A stretch of DNA of 64,000 nt from Squalus acanthias (Eukaryota), in assembly GCA_030390025.1 (NCBI GenBank), contig CM059433.1, forward strand, positions 19,284,001 through 19,348,000, in the 5' to 3' direction. Of the stretch, positions 63,797-64,000 are shown piece by piece. The notes beneath the pieces are model-generated. The model was not told the DNA's origin and ran no database searches. It was given only the letters and a program-made list of their open reading frames with translations. Made by a program: the position numbers and the translations under genes. Each line of letters starts with the position of its first letter. The first letter of the stretch is position 1.

Positions 63797-64000
63797 GTTA
63801 AGGGGAGATTTAATTTCGCTGCACAAAATTATGAAGAGAAGAATAATAGAGTAAATCAGGAGAAACTGTTTCCACTGGCAGGAGGGTCGGTAACCACAGG
63901 ACACAGATTTAATGTAATTGGCAAAAGAACCTGAGGGGAGAGGAGGAGAATTATTTTTTTAAGTAGCGAGTTATGATGATTTGGAATGCACTGCCTGAAA

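Noticed and set aside
1..64000. CRISPR arrays, operons or prokaryotic defence systems
   Set aside because: The DNA is spliceosomal-intron eukaryotic sequence, and I saw no regularly spaced direct-repeat array.

Overview
Repeat-dense vertebrate genomic DNA. The HE1-type V-SINE, SacSINE1-type DeuSINEs and CR1/L2/Penelope repertoire point to a cartilaginous fish, probably a shark. Two overlapping genes are present. The last two coding exons of ANGPT2 lie on + (2356-2486, 9344-9504). They are nested antisense inside an intron of MCPH1 on -, three of whose BRCT2-region exons are clear (36997-37034, 32145-32307, 18633-18710), with a speculative microexon at ~52055-52065. The remainder is intronic and contains CR1, L2, RTE and Zenon-like LINE fragments, SINEs, Penelope-like elements with minimal hammerhead ribozyme motifs, two groups of PIF/Harbinger-like MITEs and hAT elements. 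The most notable structures are a ~98%-identical 135-bp inverted repeat near an MCPH1 exon, a 212-bp palindromic Penelope-derived insertion with a 14-bp TSD, an intact-core hammerhead in the MCPH1 pre-mRNA sense, an RT-less but in-frame CR1, and a scrambled L2 recording nested inversions. I see no convincing wholly new multi-gene system. Repeat boundaries without TSDs are approximate, and family names come from recognition rather than a database search.
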